Source of the DNA: an uncultured Candidatus Saccharibacteria bacterium | GTDB taxonomy: Bacteria; Patescibacteriota; Doudnabacteria; UBA920 | DNA: 64,000 bases | Direction of reading: 5' to 3' | Assembly (NCBI GenBank): GCA_964434195.1 | Contig: CAYSUI010000003.1 | Location: 26,181 to 90,180 of the forward strand | Translations under genes and position numbers: made by a program | The notes under the pieces: model-generated | The model's input: only the letters and a program-made list of their open reading frames with translations | Database searches by the model: none | Told to the model about the DNA's origin: nothing | Part shown: piece after piece, positions 60,265 to 64,000 of the stretch | Numbering within the stretch: the first letter of the stretch is position 1 | Layout: the number at the start of each line of letters is the position of its first letter

Positions 60265-60293
60265 AGTATACCTGAAATTAACATATTTGTCAA
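60265..60293 (-). promoter_or_regulatory. Sigma70-type promoter
   Basis: TTGACA-17-TATACT. Confidence 0.7.
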
Positions 60294-60411
60294 TATATTA
60301 CTGATATTATTACTTATTATTATATATTCTCTCTAATTTATTTGGCTTATACGTATAGGTAACTGTCAGTTTTAACTTGACAATTTTTTATTTTTGGCAT
60401 ATAATTTAGAT

Positions 60412-61173
60412 ATGTTTGAATCACTTTTAGGAAAAATCGGGCTCAGTGAAAAAGAAGCGCAGATTTATGAATTATTGGTTTCTGTTGGACCGAGCAATAT
60501 TAAAAGTATTCTTTTTCATACCAAGCTTAAACGTGGGAATGCGTATTACTTGCTGGATAATTTGAAAGCTTTGGAACTTGTTGAACAAACACTTGTGCGC
60601 GGTCGTACTGTTTTTTCTGCGCGGAACCCGGAGCAATTGGAACTATTGTTGGCAAAACAAAAAACCGAAGTTGCTAAGGCGGAAGAGGAACTTCGTGGAT
60701 CACTCCCCCACTTGCGCACTCTCTTTCAGACCGCTGCGCATAAACCTGGTGTTCGATTTTATGAAGGCATTGAAGGTATTAAAGCAATTCACCGGGAAAT
60801 GCTTTCGGAGCGAAAAGAAATTTTAGCGTATGTATTTTTAAAAAAAGAATGGGACAATGTTTTGGGTAACGATTTTTGGAAATGGTATTACCAGGAACGA
60901 ATTAAAAACAATATAAGTGTACGGGCAATTGCCGTAGACTCACCAGAAGGGAGAGACTACAAAGCGAAAGATGCAAAAGAGCAAAGAGAAACCCGTTTGG
61001 TAAATGCGAAGGAATACCCTATTTCTATTGAAAAAAATGTTGTAGGGAACAAAGTGGCGTTTTTGAGCTTAAAACCAGATGAACAAGTGGGTGTGTTAGT
61101 GGAGAACACTGCGATAGCAGAGACAGAGCGAGCAATTTTTGAACTTTGCTGGAAACAAATACGACCACAGTAA
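60412..61173 (+). CDS. TrmB-family transcriptional regulator (leaderless)
   Basis: IGLSEKEAQIYELL, KPGVRFYEGIEGIK; TTGACA-17-TATAAT-6 nt-ATG. Confidence 0.9.
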   Translation: MFESLLGKIGLSEKEAQIYELLVSVGPSNIKSILFHTKLKRGNAYYLLDNLKALELVEQTLVRGRTVFSARNPEQLELLLAKQKTEVAKAEEELRGSLPHLRTLFQTAAHKPGVRFYEGIEGIKAIHREMLSERKEILAYVFLKKEWDNVLGNDFWKWYYQERIKNNISVRAIAVDSPEGRDYKAKDAKEQRETRLVNAKEYPISIEKNVVGNKVAFLSLKPDEQVGVLVENTAIAETERAIFELCWKQIRPQ

Positions 61174-61187
61174 TGTGGTCGTATTTT

Positions 61188-63038
61188 TTATTGCTCCTTA
61201 CCTACTCTGCCGTAACGGTAACGCACCTCTTCTGGAGTTAAATGTTTGGGCACTTGCCCTTTGGTTCCCGGCTTTCTTGCACTCACCACCAGTTCTTTTA
61301 CTTCTAACTGTTCCATGCCGTCTACTCCTGGTGTTGTTACCAGATATGTGTCTATTTGCACATCTACAAAACCGGTTGCTCGAAGAAGATTAGCTATTTC
61401 GCGGCGACCGGGGAAAAATCTGGGAGTAGAGTCGGATGTTTCTACTGTATTTGCAACACCAGGCGCAGTGGATGTTTCGTCTCGAATAGTTCCGTATGGT
61501 TCTTGTGGGTGTTCGTTGTGGTATGCGGCGAGCGATTTTGCGTAGGTACCTACTGTACGGTCTGGAATTTCTATGGTTATGAGCCCACCCTCGCACAGAA
61601 GGAAGAATGCTTCGCGTAAAACTTTTCTTTGGTTATCTTGTGTACCGGCGTCGCAAAAAGTGTGCCAATCGAAGGAAACCATTTCGAAGGGATTATTAAA
61701 GAAGAATTCTTTACCAAACTTTGCATTACTCAAATCTTCTTTTGCACCGCTTCCAAATAGGTTATTTGCATTTACTAAACCATCGGATTGTTTTTGTCTT
61801 AAACCCTCAAAGGTGTCTTCCCTAAGGTCTAGCATGTTACCTTTTATAGGAATTAAATTTGCTTTTAGGATGGTGAGATCGGTGATGATTTGTTCTTTCT
61901 GTATTATTCTTTGATTTACTAGCTCAACTAAAGGTGAGGATGGGTCACCTTTTTCGTATTTGGCAATTTCTTCTTCTAAGCGACTGTAAACTTTTTTTAA
62001 TTGTTCCTCGGATAGATCTATACCAACAATTTTTTTTCCGAGAATTACCATAATAGAATCTATCCTGGCCTCACCGATGCCGACATCGAGGACTAGACGC
62101 GGGTGCCTGTCGCCTATTGTAAGTTCATCTGGTACCCATGCCCCTGAAAGTGCTTTTAATTTATGGCGAATTGCTTCGGTAGTGCTTGCAGTTTTACCTT
62201 CCCAAACTCTTAGGTCCGAATTATTGTAGAGGTTTGCCTGTTTGTCGCTTAGCGCTTTCCCTTCCATGAAATCGGGCTTGTTCTCCTCTGTATACTTAAG
62301 TTCTTTTGCTATGAGTAGGCAACTTGCTATTTCTTGGCTGGTGCTTGCGTGTAGGAAATAATCAAAATAATCTCGTTCATATGACGGTAGCCCACCTTCG
62401 ACATGCAGAATAATTATTGGCAGTGGTTTATTCTGTAGTTTGGCGGAAACTAACAGTTTATGTATTTCATCTGCAGCTTGTCGGTGGTTGCTAAAATCTT
62501 CCTGACTTGTATAGGAGAGAGTATAGGTTTTGTTTGGGTCAAGTTCGAAAGTACTAACGTCTAACTCTTTATTTGGTATGGACTCTATGCTTAAAGTTAC
62601 ATTCGCAACTTGACTCGCTTCGGGAGTGGAATATTTGTCTAGAAGTTTAATACCTTGCTCTTTGAACGACTCAGCACTATTTGAGAGTGAGAGAAAATTT
62701 ATGAGTGTTGATTCTAACTCTTTTAACTGCATTAAAAGTTGTTCTGGTGAAGTTAACTTAATATATGTGTCCCCTATTACAATTGTTACCGACTCTTTTC
62801 TTTCAACACTGGCGAGTGTTTGTGTTAAAGTCTCTGAATATTTTTTTAGTGCTTTAACAATTTGCTCGGTCCACAATTCTAGACCTTGTATGCGTGTTGC
62901 ATACATTTCTAATTTAGTAGTTACTTCACTGATAGCGACGTCGCAGTTTACAATAGACTCCTCTATATTACTGCGAAAAGTTGATTCGAGTTGTTCCCCT
63001 TCCGGGGACTGGTGCGTTTCTTGTTCGATTCTTTTCAT
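61188..63038 (-). CDS. Protein with helical N-terminus and C-terminal class I SAM-dependent methyltransferase domain
   Basis: VLDVGIGEAR, IVGIDLS, LREAFFLLCEGGLITIE. Confidence 0.8.
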   Translation of the reverse strand: MKRIEQETHQSPEGEQLESTFRSNIEESIVNCDVAISEVTTKLEMYATRIQGLELWTEQIVKALKKYSETLTQTLASVERKESVTIVIGDTYIKLTSPEQLLMQLKELESTLINFLSLSNSAESFKEQGIKLLDKYSTPEASQVANVTLSIESIPNKELDVSTFELDPNKTYTLSYTSQEDFSNHRQAADEIHKLLVSAKLQNKPLPIIILHVEGGLPSYERDYFDYFLHASTSQEIASCLLIAKELKYTEENKPDFMEGKALSDKQANLYNNSDLRVWEGKTASTTEAIRHKLKALSGAWVPDELTIGDRHPRLVLDVGIGEARIDSIMVILGKKIVGIDLSEEQLKKVYSRLEEEIAKYEKGDPSSPLVELVNQRIIQKEQIITDLTILKANLIPIKGNMLDLREDTFEGLRQKQSDGLVNANNLFGSGAKEDLSNAKFGKEFFFNNPFEMVSFDWHTFCDAGTQDNQRKVLREAFFLLCEGGLITIEIPDRTVGTYAKSLAAYHNEHPQEPYGTIRDETSTAPGVANTVETSDSTPRFFPGRREIANLLRATGFVDVQIDTYLVTTPGVDGMEQLEVKELVVSARKPGTKGQVPKHLTPEEVRYRYGRVGKEQ

Positions 63039-63120
63039 AGAGGAAGTATATGGGAGAGTGAAATTTTGGACAAAAAATAAAAAAAGAAGGGGATGTTTTG
63101 TGATCCCCTTTGAGTGTTTT

Positions 63121-63792
63121 TCAAGTGAGGTCTATTTCGACCTCCTCGAAGTCCTCTTGGTCATCGTAGAAAACGTGACCGTAAATTGTTAAGCCTTCGA
63201 TTTTGGTAATGTTGGCGTAAAGTCTATCGGGATGGTTTATCCAATCCCATGCACCGGATTCAACAGACCTTACTACTAGTAAATATTTTATAACAGATTC
63301 TCTGTCTTTTTCCGTAATACTAGTGGGGACGTCTATCCCCTCTCTTTGTTCGGTTTCACCCACGGCTTTTTTTATTGCTTTGAGAGGAATTTTCTTTAAC
63401 TTCTTTTCGAAGTTTTCCACCTCTCCTTCCTTAGCGGTTTTTTGGGCGAGGAGTTTTTTGTATTTTTTTGGATTCATTAGACTCAACCGACAGAAGTCGG
63501 AGCAAAACCTAATCTCCTCAGGACCGCCTATTAGCACATATCCTCCAGGGTCGTTTGTGCAATTTGGGTAGGCGGCGCAATAAACTTTGAGCCCGCATTC
63601 CAATTCTTTAAGATATTTAAGAATTTTTTGGTTGTGCTCCTGATGCTCTGGAGCACCCATGTCCCGATATCCGCAGGCGAGACAGAGGTTTGGATCTGTA
63701 CCCATGCGCTTAATAAAATCTGTTCTATACTTTGAATTTTCTGGCTGAGCAGCTACTGCTACCCAAAAAAGTTGCTGATGAGTTAATTCCAT
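63121..63792 (-). CDS. Hypothetical protein with putative zinc-binding motifs
   Basis: CLACG..H..H and C.AYPNC...FCSDFC; AAGGAG SD. Confidence 0.7.
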   Translation of the reverse strand: MELTHQQLFWVAVAAQPENSKYRTDFIKRMGTDPNLCLACGYRDMGAPEHQEHNQKILKYLKELECGLKVYCAAYPNCTNDPGGYVLIGGPEEIRFCSDFCRLSLMNPKKYKKLLAQKTAKEGEVENFEKKLKKIPLKAIKKAVGETEQREGIDVPTSITEKDRESVIKYLLVVRSVESGAWDWINHPDRLYANITKIEGLTIYGHVFYDDQEDFEEVEIDLT

Positions 63793-64000
63793 TTTTTTCT
63801 CCTTAAAATTTTTGGCCGAGCTTTTTTACTGGCCGGGTTTTTGGTTTTCCCTAGGGCGCGTGCCCTTGGGAGTATTGATTTTGGTTTAGCGGGTGGAAGG
63901 AAGGGGTTCCCTACAGTCGTTAAAACAAAATGGCTTGCTTGGAATTTCTATACATAGAGAACCCCTGGGCAAACCATTTACTTACTGAGTTCTCTCTAAA

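Noticed and set aside
63966-63990. GGGCAAACCATT resembles the start of a c-di-GMP-I riboswitch
   Set aside because: No GNRA tetraloop or GCAAAG-type continuation follows, the adjacent gene is on the other strand, and the window ends here.

Overview
Chromosomal window from a small-genome Patescibacteria (CPR) bacterium; a Parcubacteria/Doudnabacteria-like assignment is my inference from gene content and style. Genetic code 11. Scattered housekeeping genes (valS 3' end, rpoB-rpoC, ruvA, femAB-like, murE, tsaB, uvrB, gpmI, rpsT, P-type ATPase, ABC-2 transporter, GH1) are interleaved with many orphan genes that are mostly monocistronic. The main candidate for an undescribed system is a ~16 kb cell-envelope island (34.9-51.3 kb). 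It holds two divergent class A PBPs, a secreted lytic transglycosylase, an M23 peptidase, a 3D-domain protein and a possible SPFH-like membrane protein. It also holds a tandemly duplicated convergent gene pair: a Pro/Thr-rich secreted protein and a lipoprotein ending in a Cys-bracketed amphipathic tail resembling the MinD membrane-targeting sequence. Four secreted island proteins share an N-terminal (N/S)-(K/R)-F-G motif, and nearly all non-lipoprotein secreted orphans begin with Gln after the signal peptide. A second window-wide pattern: many conserved genes look leaderless (TANNNT, 6 nt, ATG), while the orphan genes carry strong GGAGG-type Shine-Dalgarno sites, often with sigma70-like promoters. 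Also present are several structured non-coding elements, a patatin pseudogene, a RhuM-Fic gene, and a right-hand variable region with two TrmB-type regulators and a GC-richer segment. No tRNA, rRNA, CRISPR array, integrase, transposase or reverse transcriptase was seen. All family calls come from motif recognition by eye, not database searches.
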